Below, in pieces: positions 27,013 to 37,501 of a stretch of DNA of 64,000 nt (its first letter is position 1; every line of letters begins with the position of its first letter). A program made the position numbers and the translations under genes. This DNA comes from a virus: positions 64,001 through 128,000 of IMG/VR virus record IMGVR_UViG_3300034101_003554, one strand, 5' to 3'. The notes under the pieces were generated by a model. It did not search any database and was not told where the DNA came from. It worked only from the letters and a program-made list of their open reading frames with translations.

Positions 27013-27906
27013 ATGATAAATAAAATAAAAGATATAGTCAAACAAATTTTAAAAGAGGCTACAAGTAATTTAACAGGTAGTAGAGGTTCGTTTGTACCCC
27101 CACTTAGACAAGGTAAAAAAAATTTTGAGAAAACTCAATTAGACCCATATAGTGAGTCTGTATCAAAGTATTATAGTCAAGAATTAGCGACAGATAGTTA
27201 TGATGGTAAAATGTCAACATCCAAGAAGGACATCAAAAAAATTGAATCTAAGGTAAAAAAAACTTCAATCTATGCCAAGAATCATCCAGTGCAGAATGAT
27301 GACGATGGTGAGGTAATTAACCCCTATCCAAAGGGTAAATCAAAGAAAATAAATGAGGCGACATTTGGATATGGTGGGGAATATAATGCACCACTTGAGA
27401 TTGGGATGAAAAAATGGAAAAACCCTGAATTACAACCATTTTCAGATTTTGTTGATACTGAAGCAAATATAAATAAAGTTAAGTCAACAACCAAAAACAA
27501 TATAAGAAGAACTGTTGGAATGTGGGAGAAAGGGAAGGATGGTAGTTATAAAATTGATAAACATTATGTCCATACGGTTAATGAGTGGGATTATGAAGAA
27601 GCTCCAATATTAACTGAAGATTTGGCTGTATGGTTTGGAACAAAGAAAAAACCCAAGGGGTCATCACAACCAAAAGGACCTTGGGTTAATATCTGTAAAA
27701 AGGTAGATGGAAAACATCCCCCTTGTGGAAGGAGTGAGGCAGATACCAAGAGTTACCCCAAATGTAGGGCAGCAGGAGTTGCTGGTAAGATGTCAGATTC
27801 TGAGAAGAAATCGGCTTGCGCTCAGAAACGTAGGGCTGAAAAGAAAGACCCCAAAATTGGTACTGGTAACAAACCAACAATGACTTCTTATAAACCTAAG
27901 AAATAA
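27013..27906 (+). CDS. Hypothetical head-associated protein with C-terminal basic Cys/Trp domain
   Basis: LAVWF…WVNIC…CGR…YPKCR; LKE/INE/VNE/LTE sites. Confidence 0.7.
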   Translation: MINKIKDIVKQILKEATSNLTGSRGSFVPPLRQGKKNFEKTQLDPYSESVSKYYSQELATDSYDGKMSTSKKDIKKIESKVKKTSIYAKNHPVQNDDDGEVINPYPKGKSKKINEATFGYGGEYNAPLEIGMKKWKNPELQPFSDFVDTEANINKVKSTTKNNIRRTVGMWEKGKDGSYKIDKHYVHTVNEWDYEEAPILTEDLAVWFGTKKKPKGSSQPKGPWVNICKKVDGKHPPCGRSEADTKSYPKCRAAGVAGKMSDSEKKSACAQKRRAEKKDPKIGTGNKPTMTSYKPKK

Positions 27907-28320
27907 TTATTGTTTTATTTTATTAAGTATCACATCCAATGAGTGAACAATTTGTGACATAATTTCATCTTCATCTTTTTGACGTATTGTTTCAACTTTT
28001 TCATCATACATTTTTGTGAACCTATCATAATTTCTATCACTTATAACTATATCGTGATGATGAACGTGGTTCGTTATGCTTAATAATCTTCCATCCAATA
28101 TTAAAAATAACCCCAAAGTTTTATTTATGATATATCTTTTTTTGCTTAAAAAAGTAAGTCGAAAACTAGAATCTGGATGTAGAATCAATAATCTTGCAAT
28201 TGACATACATTTTTTTTGAGTCTCGGAGACTTTGTCATAATCTGGGTTATTCATTTTTCTATTGAAAAGAACCCATTTAACGTAAGCACGTTTTAAAAAC
28301 CTTTTTATAAATTTTTTCAT
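27907..28320 (-). CDS. Hypothetical protein, probably early
   Basis: 137-aa ORF with a host-type promoter upstream. Confidence 0.75.
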   Translation of the reverse strand: MKKFIKRFLKRAYVKWVLFNRKMNNPDYDKVSETQKKCMSIARLLILHPDSSFRLTFLSKKRYIINKTLGLFLILDGRLLSITNHVHHHDIVISDRNYDRFTKMYDEKVETIRQKDEDEIMSQIVHSLDVILNKIKQ

Positions 28321-28344
28321 AAGATGTTATTTTTTGATTCATCA

Positions 28345-28376
28345 CAAAGATAAAAAGGTTTTCTTATTAAAACAAA
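28345..28376 (-). promoter_or_regulatory. Bacteroidota primary-sigma promoter
   Basis: TTTG-N20-TATCTTTG matches the -33/-7 consensus TTTG-N19-21-TAnnTTTG. Confidence 0.75.
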
Positions 28377-28405
28377 AAAAGGTAGAATATTTTTCTACCT
28401 TTTTT
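28374..28405 (-). terminator. Intrinsic terminator
   Basis: AAAAAAAGGTAGAA-TATT-TTCTACCTTTTTT. Confidence 0.8.
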
Positions 28406-28423
28406 ATATGAAAAAAATAGTAA

Positions 28424-28894
28424 TTAACAATAAGGTGGTGAACATTTCTTTTTACCATCTAATCCCTTGAATCTACCCTGACACACTTGTACAGCAAACG
28501 CATTAGAATATGCTGAGGGATAGACCTTATATTTAGCTTTTGCAGCTTTATATCCTCTTGAACATAATTCAGTTCCAGTTTTCTTTTTTCCCTCCATCAT
28601 AACCACATCTTCTTCCTCATCATAGAATTCATCAGAATGTTTAGTTTCATTCATCATAAAGTCAAATACTTGGTCTAGGTTTTCTTTTGCCGTTGCAATA
28701 TGGTCATCAGCCCAATCGTGACCACCTTGAAGTATTTTTTCAACTTGCATTGGGTCTAATTCTAATAACAATTGTGCTTGTCTTATCATTTGTTCAAGAT
28801 TACTGAAAAACATATAGTTTTGTACTTTTCCATAATCTTTTTCGTTAACTATTTTTTTAACTAGATTGTTAAGTTGTGATTCTGTAATTCTCAT
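28424..28894 (-). CDS. Hypothetical head-associated protein with YPSAY domain
   Basis: N-terminal MRITESQLNNLVKKIVNE; C-terminal AAKAKYKVYPSAYSNAFAVQVC. Confidence 0.7.
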   Translation of the reverse strand: MRITESQLNNLVKKIVNEKDYGKVQNYMFFSNLEQMIRQAQLLLELDPMQVEKILQGGHDWADDHIATAKENLDQVFDFMMNETKHSDEFYDEEEDVVMMEGKKKTGTELCSRGYKAAKAKYKVYPSAYSNAFAVQVCQGRFKGLDGKKKCSPPYC

Positions 28895-28899
28895 ATAAT

Positions 28900-29082
28900 T
28901 TAATTGTTTAAACCATTAATTCCACCCAATGTGATTGCATTTAGTTGAATAACAACATTATTTTGTCCATCAGTCCAAATTGGATGTGGGGGAATGATTT
29001 CTTGAGTTGTACCACTACAAATTTCACATATAATAACTTCTGTATTTGCACTAGTACCTGTTGGATAAAAATAATTTGACAT
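28900..29082 (-). CDS. Small putative virion protein with CxxC
   Basis: 60 aa; ATATTTAT on the minus strand at 29102-29095. Confidence 0.65.
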   Translation of the reverse strand: MSNYFYPTGTSANTEVIICEICSGTTQEIIPPHPIWTDGQNNVVIQLNAITLGGINGLNN

Positions 29083-29109
29083 AATGTTTTATTTATAAAT
29101 ATTTACTTT

Positions 29110-30576
29110 TTATTTATAGTTCACAATTTGGAACTTTATTTGTCTTTTATATGTGTTAACCTCCCCACTACTTTCAACTTTAATATCAATATAATATTCA
29201 TTTGGAATTTTATCTCTTGTATCAAAGATGAAATAGTATTCATTAGGAGTTCTATTAATTTGAGTCCAATCTTGAACTTGAACTTCAGTTTGTCCTTCTC
29301 TTACATATACACGATAATAAGCACTTACTTTTGGTAATAATTTATTTGTTGTATAAGCTTGTTTAATAATAACACCAACTTTTCTTATATCGGTATTAAA
29401 TATTTTTTCATCTTGTTTAATTCCATAATAATCAAATCCATATATTTTGGGGTCAATTGAATTTGTACCTATAGTAAATCCATTTTTAAATGGTTGTAAT
29501 GTAAAATCATTAAGTACATTAGGTAATGGAAATCCGTTATAAGTTAATCCGGTCCATTTATCTGAGAATGTACAAGGTGTTTTATACCCAATAAGTGGGG
29601 GAATAGTTACTTCATACACCCCTTGAGTTTTTTGACAACCAGTTAGACCTGATAAACTTGGTATAACATTTCCACTATTGTCAAGGATTGCTACACTTGG
29701 TAAGTTGTCTAAATTTATTGGGTTACCATCTTCATATAAATAAAGATATAACTTATTAACTTTTCCTAAAGTAAAATTATTTCTATCGTCTTCTATTAAA
29801 TCATCATATGATGTCTCCAAATAAGGTTCATAAAATGTTTGTGTATGTCTAGTAAAGAATTGAACTTCATATGTATCTGACGCACCAATTAATAATTCCA
29901 ACTGAGGTTTATAAGCAATAATCCAACCTGTAACTCCACTTAATGAACCATTTATAATTGTGTTTATTTCATTTGTCATATCAAATTCAATATTTTCATC
30001 ACCAAATTCAAAATGTTGTGTATCAACAATAGTTAATGCGGAGTATGGATAAGACCCTATATTATTATTGTTATAAATCCCAGGTTCAGTCCAAGTATCA
30101 ATTGTTGTTGTTTGATACCAATTTGATGGTCTATCTGAAAAATTTCTATCAATTGTGTTTAATTCATAAACTAAATTTCCGTAATCATAACCAACACCTT
30201 CATCCCACATTTGAGGGATTGATTCGTCAAAATCAATTGGTGGAATTCGTAATAAAACCAAATCAAAGGATGTTGCACGTTTTCTACTTTGAGATGTGGA
30301 AGTATTTAATAATTCTTTGTTAAATGTAGAAGTATTTGTCATTCTTAATGTATGTTTAACATTTAAAGAACAATCTAAAGATATAATTTTGTTATTATAT
30401 TTTTCTTTTAATAAATCTAAATTAAGATTAAAAATAAATCTACTAAATCCATTTGGGTATGGTGAAATTGGGGTATTACCATAAAAAAGTTCTGTCACAG
30501 GATTTCTCCCTGTATTGACAGAACTTTGAAAAATAATTGTATTATTTTTATTGAAATATGAATTATTGATTGACAT
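29110..30576 (-). CDS. Putative structural (baseplate/tail) protein
   Basis: Beta-rich composition, SGxT/TGxT motifs, late motif at 30600-30593. Confidence 0.6.
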   Translation of the reverse strand: MSINNSYFNKNNTIIFQSSVNTGRNPVTELFYGNTPISPYPNGFSRFIFNLNLDLLKEKYNNKIISLDCSLNVKHTLRMTNTSTFNKELLNTSTSQSRKRATSFDLVLLRIPPIDFDESIPQMWDEGVGYDYGNLVYELNTIDRNFSDRPSNWYQTTTIDTWTEPGIYNNNNIGSYPYSALTIVDTQHFEFGDENIEFDMTNEINTIINGSLSGVTGWIIAYKPQLELLIGASDTYEVQFFTRHTQTFYEPYLETSYDDLIEDDRNNFTLGKVNKLYLYLYEDGNPINLDNLPSVAILDNSGNVIPSLSGLTGCQKTQGVYEVTIPPLIGYKTPCTFSDKWTGLTYNGFPLPNVLNDFTLQPFKNGFTIGTNSIDPKIYGFDYYGIKQDEKIFNTDIRKVGVIIKQAYTTNKLLPKVSAYYRVYVREGQTEVQVQDWTQINRTPNEYYFIFDTRDKIPNEYYIDIKVESSGEVNTYKRQIKFQIVNYK

Positions 30577-30599
30577 TGATTCTCTTTAATCAATAAATA

Positions 30600-32126
30600 T
30601 CAATTAATTCTAATATTTTGATTTAATATACTATTTTCAGCATTTGATAATAAAATCTCAATTTCAGCTGAGGATTGTCCATTTCCAGATGCGATTGGTA
30701 CTGGTGGCAAAGTTGCTATTGGGTGAACGTGTCCAGTTATAAATGCCATCATTTTTCTTAATAATATTATCAATTGATCACCTCTAACCGTTGGGTAGGT
30801 TTGAATTTCAATATTTTCGTTAGGCTTGGTAAATAAATTTTGTTCTAATCCATATATTGATGTACCTAAATCAAGTTTACCATTTGGTCCTACAGAATCA
30901 TGTGATAATAAATAAATTTTTTGTGCACCAACAATACCATAAGTTATTGGGGCGTCTACAATATCTTGTGGTGTGGATTCAATGGTTTTAAATTGAGCTG
31001 GAATACCAATAACAGGACTTCCATTATTATTACCTGAAACCAAAAAAAATCCACTTTTATTAATACCCCTATCAAGAATAATTTTACTATAAAAATTAAT
31101 ATAGTTATTTAATTGAGCTAAATCATTTTCATCATTTAGCTGAAGTAAGTTTCCTTTTCTATATGTTTGGTCTGATGGTGTAACAATAAATGGAAATACA
31201 TTTTGATTAAAAATATTTTTTATAAAGTTATTAATTAGAATAACTACGTCATCAAAACTTTTACCAATAAAAGTTTCACCAATACCAGTTTCTTTGTAAT
31301 CAATTCCAATACTTAAGTTTGATATTGTGTTAATTGAAAAATTTTTAGTGTTAATTAAATCACTATTTGGTATTATATCATATAATTTAACATATCCTGT
31401 ATAATTAATTAAACTTTCTAAATTTTCAATATGCCAAACTATCATTTTTTTTACAGCTAAAACTGGAAATTCTTGTATTATTTCACTTTTAGTCGGTAAG
31501 TCTACTACAGTTTGAGTGAAATTAGACAATTGAATGAATGCTTGTTTATTATTAGCTTTAGGAAATTTATTTTGATTTAATAAATTTGTTTTTCCAGCAC
31601 GTATTAAAACTTCATCAGATTTTAAGACAAGGTCAGTAGAACCTCTACCTAATATTGCATTATCTCCAGGTTCAGGGAATACACCTTTAGACACAGCTTC
31701 ATTATATTCATTATTTGAATCTTTCAAAGCTATTGAAGCTTTAAATATGTCACCACTTGCCAAATATTTCATTGCTGGTAAGTAGTGTTCACCTTTTAAA
31801 TTCATTGGAGATGACAATAACCCAGGAATATAAAATTGGTTTTGGAATTTAAATTTTTTGTTTTGATAAATTATATGAACATATTCATCTTTTTCTTTTG
31901 GTACAAAATAACAATAATAAGGTAATAATGGTAAAAAAATGAATGGGTCATTTGATTTCCATTTGTCAGTATCTTCGTTGAAGTTATTAGCTTTTTTTAC
32001 CGCTTCATAATCAATTAGTTTTTCAGGACGTGCTCTAATTCTTCCTAATACCATTGGGTCATTTACATCTAGCACTACCCCAGGAAAAATTATTTGTTGT
32101 ATGTTGTCAGCTGTTATTTCCCCCAT
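30600..32126 (-). CDS. Baseplate central spike/hub protein (gp5/gpV-like)
   Basis: N-terminal OB-like GVVLDVNDP…GRIRAR; C-terminal HVHP (HxH spike-tip motif). Confidence 0.65.
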   Translation of the reverse strand: MGEITADNIQQIIFPGVVLDVNDPMVLGRIRARPEKLIDYEAVKKANNFNEDTDKWKSNDPFIFLPLLPYYCYFVPKEKDEYVHIIYQNKKFKFQNQFYIPGLLSSPMNLKGEHYLPAMKYLASGDIFKASIALKDSNNEYNEAVSKGVFPEPGDNAILGRGSTDLVLKSDEVLIRAGKTNLLNQNKFPKANNKQAFIQLSNFTQTVVDLPTKSEIIQEFPVLAVKKMIVWHIENLESLINYTGYVKLYDIIPNSDLINTKNFSINTISNLSIGIDYKETGIGETFIGKSFDDVVILINNFIKNIFNQNVFPFIVTPSDQTYRKGNLLQLNDENDLAQLNNYINFYSKIILDRGINKSGFFLVSGNNNGSPVIGIPAQFKTIESTPQDIVDAPITYGIVGAQKIYLLSHDSVGPNGKLDLGTSIYGLEQNLFTKPNENIEIQTYPTVRGDQLIILLRKMMAFITGHVHPIATLPPVPIASGNGQSSAEIEILLSNAENSILNQNIRIN

Positions 32127-32325
32127 CTGTTCTTTTTTTGTATTCTTTTAATAGTATATTATATGTTGATTCTAATTTTGATAAATGAGATTCAAGTACC
32201 AACATATTATCTTTTGTTTTTTCAAAATCATTTTTAATAAAATCCATGGCCTTAATCAAATCTTTATTTGATTTGGTTTTGTGGTCATTAATTATTTCGA
32301 TTATTTTTTTTAATTCTTCATTCAT
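32107..32325 (-). CDS. Small coiled-coil hypothetical protein (start likely 32325)
   Basis: Tightly coupled ORF. Confidence 0.65.
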   Translation of the reverse strand: MNEELKKIIEIINDHKTKSNKDLIKAMDFIKNDFEKTKDNMLVLESHLSKLESTYNILLKEYKKRTDGGNNS

Positions 32326-32326
32326 A

Positions 32327-34252
32327 TTAAAAGTATTTTCCATAAACTTTTAAACCATTTACAACTCTAGTTGGCGATACACTCTGAGGCGATATTGCGA
32401 TTTCAACTTGTCCGTTCTCAGATTTTTCTCTTTGGGATGCTTTTAATTGACCAAATCTAGACAATAAATCTAAATTTGGACTACCATCAGGTAATGCACC
32501 AGTAGGGAGTCCCATTTTTTGATATTCTTCAATTGTACCAATGAATTCTCTTGATGCTGATGATCCATCCAAAAACTGTGAAAAAATTAAAAGTGGGTAT
32601 GGAATTTTACCAGCAAATCCTGGTATTTTTATACCTGTTGTTGCTATTTTTAATAACCAAAGTAATTCATCAATTACACTTTTACATTTTCTCCAATCAC
32701 GTACAAACTCCGCAACAACTATAGCTAATTGTATTAATTTAAGAATAATAATTATTATTATACTTGCTTTTTCTTTGGCTAAATCTTTGATAATTTGTTG
32801 TAGTAATTGTTTAACATCTTTACTTATTATATCAAATAATTTTTGAACAAAAACTGCCCCAATTTTTGAGACAATATTTATTAAAAACTTACCAAAATTT
32901 TTAGCAAAAACCATAATTGAATTAATACCATCAGTTACATATTGACCAATAGATTCGACCATTACATATATTGGTAATAAAACTTTTGGACTTAGTAAAG
33001 AAAATACTAAACCATCAACAATTAATTTAATAAAACTAAAATCAATTTTAGCTTTAAAGTCAGCTTCTAATTCTAAACCAAAACCATCAACAGATTTTGA
33101 AAATGCGTCTAACACTTCATTTGCTGCTTCAATTTCATCTTCATCAGGTACTAAACGTAAATTGTTTAAGGCGTCAAGTATTGATTTGGTATTAACATTT
33201 ACTTTAATATTATCACAATCTTCTAATTCAGTAACTCCATTTGAAATATTAGCCACAATTTCTTCAATTTGAATTAAATCTAGTTCGTCAAATTCATAGA
33301 ATGAATCATCAATACCATCTAGTTCGGATACTTTAGCATTCCCACTGACATCAATTTCAGAAACATTATCAAAACATAATCCCAATATTCTTTGTATAAA
33401 TAATGAGAATTTTGTTGTTTCGGTATTTTGATTTACACCCAAGTTAGCCGAAATTGAAATACACCCAGATAAAGCATTCATTATATTGGCAATAATTGAA
33501 GAGAAATCAATTATTGATATTGAGGTATAATAGTCAACTAAAAATTGTTTAATATTATTAACACCATCGGCTCTATTTTTTAATGATATTTTATACCAAG
33601 GTCCAGTTTCACCTATATTATTTGTTTGTACAAATTGAATATCAAACAAATCTTGTCCCGACGCTCCTTTATAAAAAGCTCCATTATAATCCTGAGAAAA
33701 TGAATTATTACTTTGAATACGAGCATATAATTCACGATTCATTGAAAACTTAAATTCTTGAGTACTACCTAATGGTTTTTTTTCGTACAGAGTATTACCT
33801 GGGTCTGTATCTGGGTCTAATTTTAGTAAACCACTTAAATCTAAAGATGATACTTTAATATATATGTCTCTAGTATCATATTTTTGGTCTAAATCACAAC
33901 CAACGGCATTAATAGCTTCCTCTAATAAAAGTTGTTTTATGATAGGTTCTATAGTTTTAAGAACTTTCATAAATGTATTTTTAACAAACCTTATAGAAAA
34001 ATTACCTTTACCAGCTATTATATTATTAATTTCTAAAAGTTTTTCTAATTGACTTTTAATTCTTTTTTTAAATCTTTTAAAATCTTTTTTCTTTTTGTCA
34101 TAACTTTCTTTTAGATTTTTTACATCATCTTCAAATGAATCACCTTTAGGTTCAGTAATGTTTTTATATACTGAATTAGCATCACTAAATGTTTTTAATG
34201 AATTTATAGTACGTTTAGCTTTACTGTAGTCATCATTTATATCTAAACTCAT
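32327..34252 (-). CDS. Hypothetical, probably baseplate-associated protein with hydrophobic C-terminal helices
   Basis: 641-aa ORF upstream of the spike gene. Confidence 0.6.
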   Translation of the reverse strand: MSLDINDDYSKAKRTINSLKTFSDANSVYKNITEPKGDSFEDDVKNLKESYDKKKKDFKRFKKRIKSQLEKLLEINNIIAGKGNFSIRFVKNTFMKVLKTIEPIIKQLLLEEAINAVGCDLDQKYDTRDIYIKVSSLDLSGLLKLDPDTDPGNTLYEKKPLGSTQEFKFSMNRELYARIQSNNSFSQDYNGAFYKGASGQDLFDIQFVQTNNIGETGPWYKISLKNRADGVNNIKQFLVDYYTSISIIDFSSIIANIMNALSGCISISANLGVNQNTETTKFSLFIQRILGLCFDNVSEIDVSGNAKVSELDGIDDSFYEFDELDLIQIEEIVANISNGVTELEDCDNIKVNVNTKSILDALNNLRLVPDEDEIEAANEVLDAFSKSVDGFGLELEADFKAKIDFSFIKLIVDGLVFSLLSPKVLLPIYVMVESIGQYVTDGINSIMVFAKNFGKFLINIVSKIGAVFVQKLFDIISKDVKQLLQQIIKDLAKEKASIIIIIILKLIQLAIVVAEFVRDWRKCKSVIDELLWLLKIATTGIKIPGFAGKIPYPLLIFSQFLDGSSASREFIGTIEEYQKMGLPTGALPDGSPNLDLLSRFGQLKASQREKSENGQVEIAISPQSVSPTRVVNGLKVYGKYF

Positions 34253-34626
34253 TACTTATTTAGTTTATAAGTTGTATCTTTTTGGTTTATATCTTTTTCC
34301 AAAAGTTCTTTAATTGTTTCATCATCCATATTAATGTCTGAAATTGAAAAAGATTCTTTATTTGAATTAGATTTATCCCAAATTGATGATTGTAATTTAG
34401 ATAGGGATAATTTTTTCTCAACACAATCATTAATAATCTTTTGTTGTTTTTCAATGACAGGACCTATTAGTGTCATATCTTCAGGTTCTTTCATCATTGT
34501 TAACATTTTATTTTGAATTCGTATTGCAGTATTCCTTTGTTCTACTAATTCATTATAAATTTCTTGCATTAAGGATAAAATTGACTCCTTATTGAACTGA
34601 ATTTGTTTTTTTAAAGGTTTAGGCAT
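34252..34626 (-). CDS. Hypothetical coiled-coil protein
   Basis: TAATG stop/start overlaps on both sides. Confidence 0.75.
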   Translation of the reverse strand: MPKPLKKQIQFNKESILSLMQEIYNELVEQRNTAIRIQNKMLTMMKEPEDMTLIGPVIEKQQKIINDCVEKKLSLSKLQSSIWDKSNSNKESFSISDINMDDETIKELLEKDINQKDTTYKLNK

Positions 34627-35375
34627 TATTTAATAATTTTTTGTAACATATTAATATATATCGTCTTATATTTTTTTAATGAAGCCCTAATTTCTTTTGT
34701 TGATAAATTAGTCATTTCTCTCAAAGACAATAAAATAATATTTTTGTTAAATTTATTGTTTTTTGTACTTAAGAAAATTTCATCATATCTTTGGAAAATT
34801 TCGATTAATGCTTCACCTAATTTCATTTCATTTTCAGATAAATTTTGATTGGTTATATATCTTTTTAATTCCAATAAAAAACTTTTTATTGTCATTTCAG
34901 AGTCAATAACATCGTCATCAATTGAATATGAGAATGTTGGGTTGTTTTCTAAGTCAGTGGATATGTCTTCATATGATACCTTCCTATTAATTTCTTTTTG
35001 GTCTTTTAACATCTGTCCCATTAAATAATTTTTACAGATAGTACCAAAATAAGAATATGCCTTTTTTTCCTTTGAGGGTTGAAATTTTTCAATTTTAGTT
35101 ATAAGAAAAGAATGGGTATCCGCATGTAAGTCTACGAACTCCATATCTTTTCTATATAACTTATATCTTCTTATAATTGAAGAAATCATTTTATCCAAAG
35201 GGTCTTTTAAAAACTCATTGTAAATTCTATTTTTTTCAGTTACGGAATCGGTAGATAAAAATTCAACAACCGCATTTTCCTCGGCAACATCAAAATAATT
35301 TTTTTGTTTTGTTTTACGTCCTTTTTTTGGAATTAAATTGTTTTTTTCTTCATTGTTAACTTTTTCATTTGACAT
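34626..35375 (-). CDS. Phage sigma factor (T4 gp55-like)
   Basis: Region-2-like DLHADTHSFLITKIEKFQPSKEKKAYSYFGTICKNYL, comparable to gp55 NF.PEK..NP.AYFT. Confidence 0.7.
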   Translation of the reverse strand: MSNEKVNNEEKNNLIPKKGRKTKQKNYFDVAEENAVVEFLSTDSVTEKNRIYNEFLKDPLDKMISSIIRRYKLYRKDMEFVDLHADTHSFLITKIEKFQPSKEKKAYSYFGTICKNYLMGQMLKDQKEINRKVSYEDISTDLENNPTFSYSIDDDVIDSEMTIKSFLLELKRYITNQNLSENEMKLGEALIEIFQRYDEIFLSTKNNKFNKNIILLSLREMTNLSTKEIRASLKKYKTIYINMLQKIIK

Positions 35376-36175
35376 TATATGGTTGTTTCAAACTTTATTT
35401 GTCTATCTATAGTGAAGAAATATTCTTTCTTGGCGGACTCTAACCAAAATTTAACTTGAGGTTCATTAAGTTTTTCATCACCATTTTTGTAATTCCAAAA
35501 TATAGAACCTTGTCTCAAATTGGTATGTTTGTAACCAATCCTAGGTATAGTCATTGTTTTAACAGAATTATGTGTTAATCTCAAGAAAAATTCATAACCA
35601 AATGTTAAAACTATTGATGGTTTAAGCATTCCAACTTCAATAAATTTATCTTTTTTAATAGTAAGTCCAGATAATTGAAAGTTTTGAAATGTCTGTAAAA
35701 TTTCATTCGTTAAAACACCAATTTCATTATTTAAATTTAATGCAAATGTTGCCTCATTAGTAAATCCAATAAAGACACCCTTATCATCAGTATCAACAAC
35801 GATTGGTAAGAAACATCCAACATCTTTATATGAATCTGTATATTTCTTAACATTCTTAAACCATATTTTTGAATATTCATCATCAACCTCTAAAATACTT
35901 ACCCATTCAGATTCAGCATTTTCAACACCATAATTCACTTGTGAACAAAAATTTGGTTCATTGTTCCATTGTAGTTTTTTCACATTCAAATCACCAAAAT
36001 CATAACTATTAATATGATTAATTAAATTACTTTCAGGTGTATGAACAATAATAACTTCATTTGGGAGAACTTCTTGTTCTTTTATTGATTTTATTGCTTT
36101 CTCAAAATATTCCTCAAAGAATGGGAATACTGATGATTTAATTGGTAATATAACTGATAAATTAAGCTTGTCCAT
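35375..36175 (-). CDS. Glycosyltransferase, GT-A/GT2-like
   Basis: LSVILPI, VNYGVENAESEWVSILEVDDEY. Confidence 0.85.
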   Translation of the reverse strand: MDKLNLSVILPIKSSVFPFFEEYFEKAIKSIKEQEVLPNEVIIVHTPESNLINHINSYDFGDLNVKKLQWNNEPNFCSQVNYGVENAESEWVSILEVDDEYSKIWFKNVKKYTDSYKDVGCFLPIVVDTDDKGVFIGFTNEATFALNLNNEIGVLTNEILQTFQNFQLSGLTIKKDKFIEVGMLKPSIVLTFGYEFFLRLTHNSVKTMTIPRIGYKHTNLRQGSIFWNYKNGDEKLNEPQVKFWLESAKKEYFFTIDRQIKFETTI

Positions 36176-37235
36176 TTTCTTCTAATTCTTTAAATTTGTT
36201 TATTTGTTCTTCAAAGTTTTCTGCTCGTTTGGTCAAATAACTATCAAAAAGATTAATGACGTTATTATTAAATTCCTCCTCAGTTTGAAGTTTGGTTATC
36301 GTTTCATCCATATAACCATTTATGTTGTCATTAACGTTATCCTCTAACCAATTCTGTAAATAATCAGCAACAAAATCAACGATTTCATTTTTATTGTTAA
36401 TCCAAAAACCATTGTTCTCATTCATCCAATCTGGAACTATATTTGGTACTAATCCAATAACAGGTATTCCCATTTTCATTGACTCTAGAGGGAATGTACC
36501 ATATGAGCTAATTTCATCAATCCAAACTGAAAGGAAACATTCTTCCATATTTCTACTCATTTCAATCTCAGTCATACCTCTTAAATCTCTAAAACTTACC
36601 CATCTGTATTGTGGGAATTTGAGATAGAATGTTTTGATAAAATTGATTGTATCTCTTTGTTCTCTTGTATGGATACCAATAACTGGTTTAGCTGGTAATT
36701 TTGGTTTTTTAAAACTACCAGAAACCATTGGGGTTACAATATCAAACGATATATTACGCATAACGTTTGAAATATATTCTTTCATTTTTTCAGATGTAGT
36801 AATACATTTTAAAAACCCAAATTGATTCCAACTTTCACCAGGACGTAAGGTTTCAACAATGTAATCATACGATTGACATAATACAATTTTACCACAACCA
36901 ACTTTTGTAATTTGTGGCATAATAAATCCAAACAACTCAGGAACTATAATAAAATCTTCAGGTGATATTGCTAAGTTTTGATTTTCAATTGAACTATGTG
37001 TTAAATTTTTATACTTATCACCTAACCAATTTTCAACACCAACATAATCATTTTTCTCATGTAACATAATAATGTTAAACCCATTTTCATATAGGGTGTA
37101 GGCCATTCTGTATATGTGAGATAATGAGGCTTTGGCATTCCCCTTAGTGTCTTGTACAAAAAAGAAAATTTTTGATTGTTTTGTACGTAGTTTTTCAATA
37201 GATTGTTCTATTTTTGTAATTTGTTCTTGATTCAT
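36162..37235 (-). CDS. Glycosyltransferase, GT-B-like
   Basis: DFIIVPE; SYGTFPLESMKMGIPVIG donor-binding motif. Confidence 0.75.
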   Translation of the reverse strand: MNQEQITKIEQSIEKLRTKQSKIFFFVQDTKGNAKASLSHIYRMAYTLYENGFNIIMLHEKNDYVGVENWLGDKYKNLTHSSIENQNLAISPEDFIIVPELFGFIMPQITKVGCGKIVLCQSYDYIVETLRPGESWNQFGFLKCITTSEKMKEYISNVMRNISFDIVTPMVSGSFKKPKLPAKPVIGIHTREQRDTINFIKTFYLKFPQYRWVSFRDLRGMTEIEMSRNMEECFLSVWIDEISSYGTFPLESMKMGIPVIGLVPNIVPDWMNENNGFWINNKNEIVDFVADYLQNWLEDNVNDNINGYMDETITKLQTEEEFNNNVINLFDSYLTKRAENFEEQINKFKELEENGQA

Positions 37236-37501
37236 ATTTTATTAATTAATTTTTTATATAGTAATGAATTAAATGCTAATCTAAATGGTATTGATAATTC
37301 TGTACTTTTCATTCCTAATGCTTCATCCGCTTCTTCGTTTTCAACAATAAGTGTTTCTGTCATCATTTTAACTATTTCATATTTAACAACACTTATATGA
37401 TTCTCTGGAGCACCAGTAAAATCGATTGGAGGTTCTACTTTGATATATTTTTCAATTGCGTCAATATCAAAGTAATAATTTTCACCTAATATTTTTAACA
37501 T
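37232..37501 (-). CDS. Hypothetical protein
   Basis: Coupled 89-aa ORF. Confidence 0.7.
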   Translation of the reverse strand: MLKILGENYYFDIDAIEKYIKVEPPIDFTGAPENHISVVKYEIVKMMTETLIVENEEADEALGMKSTELSIPFRLAFNSLLYKKLINKI

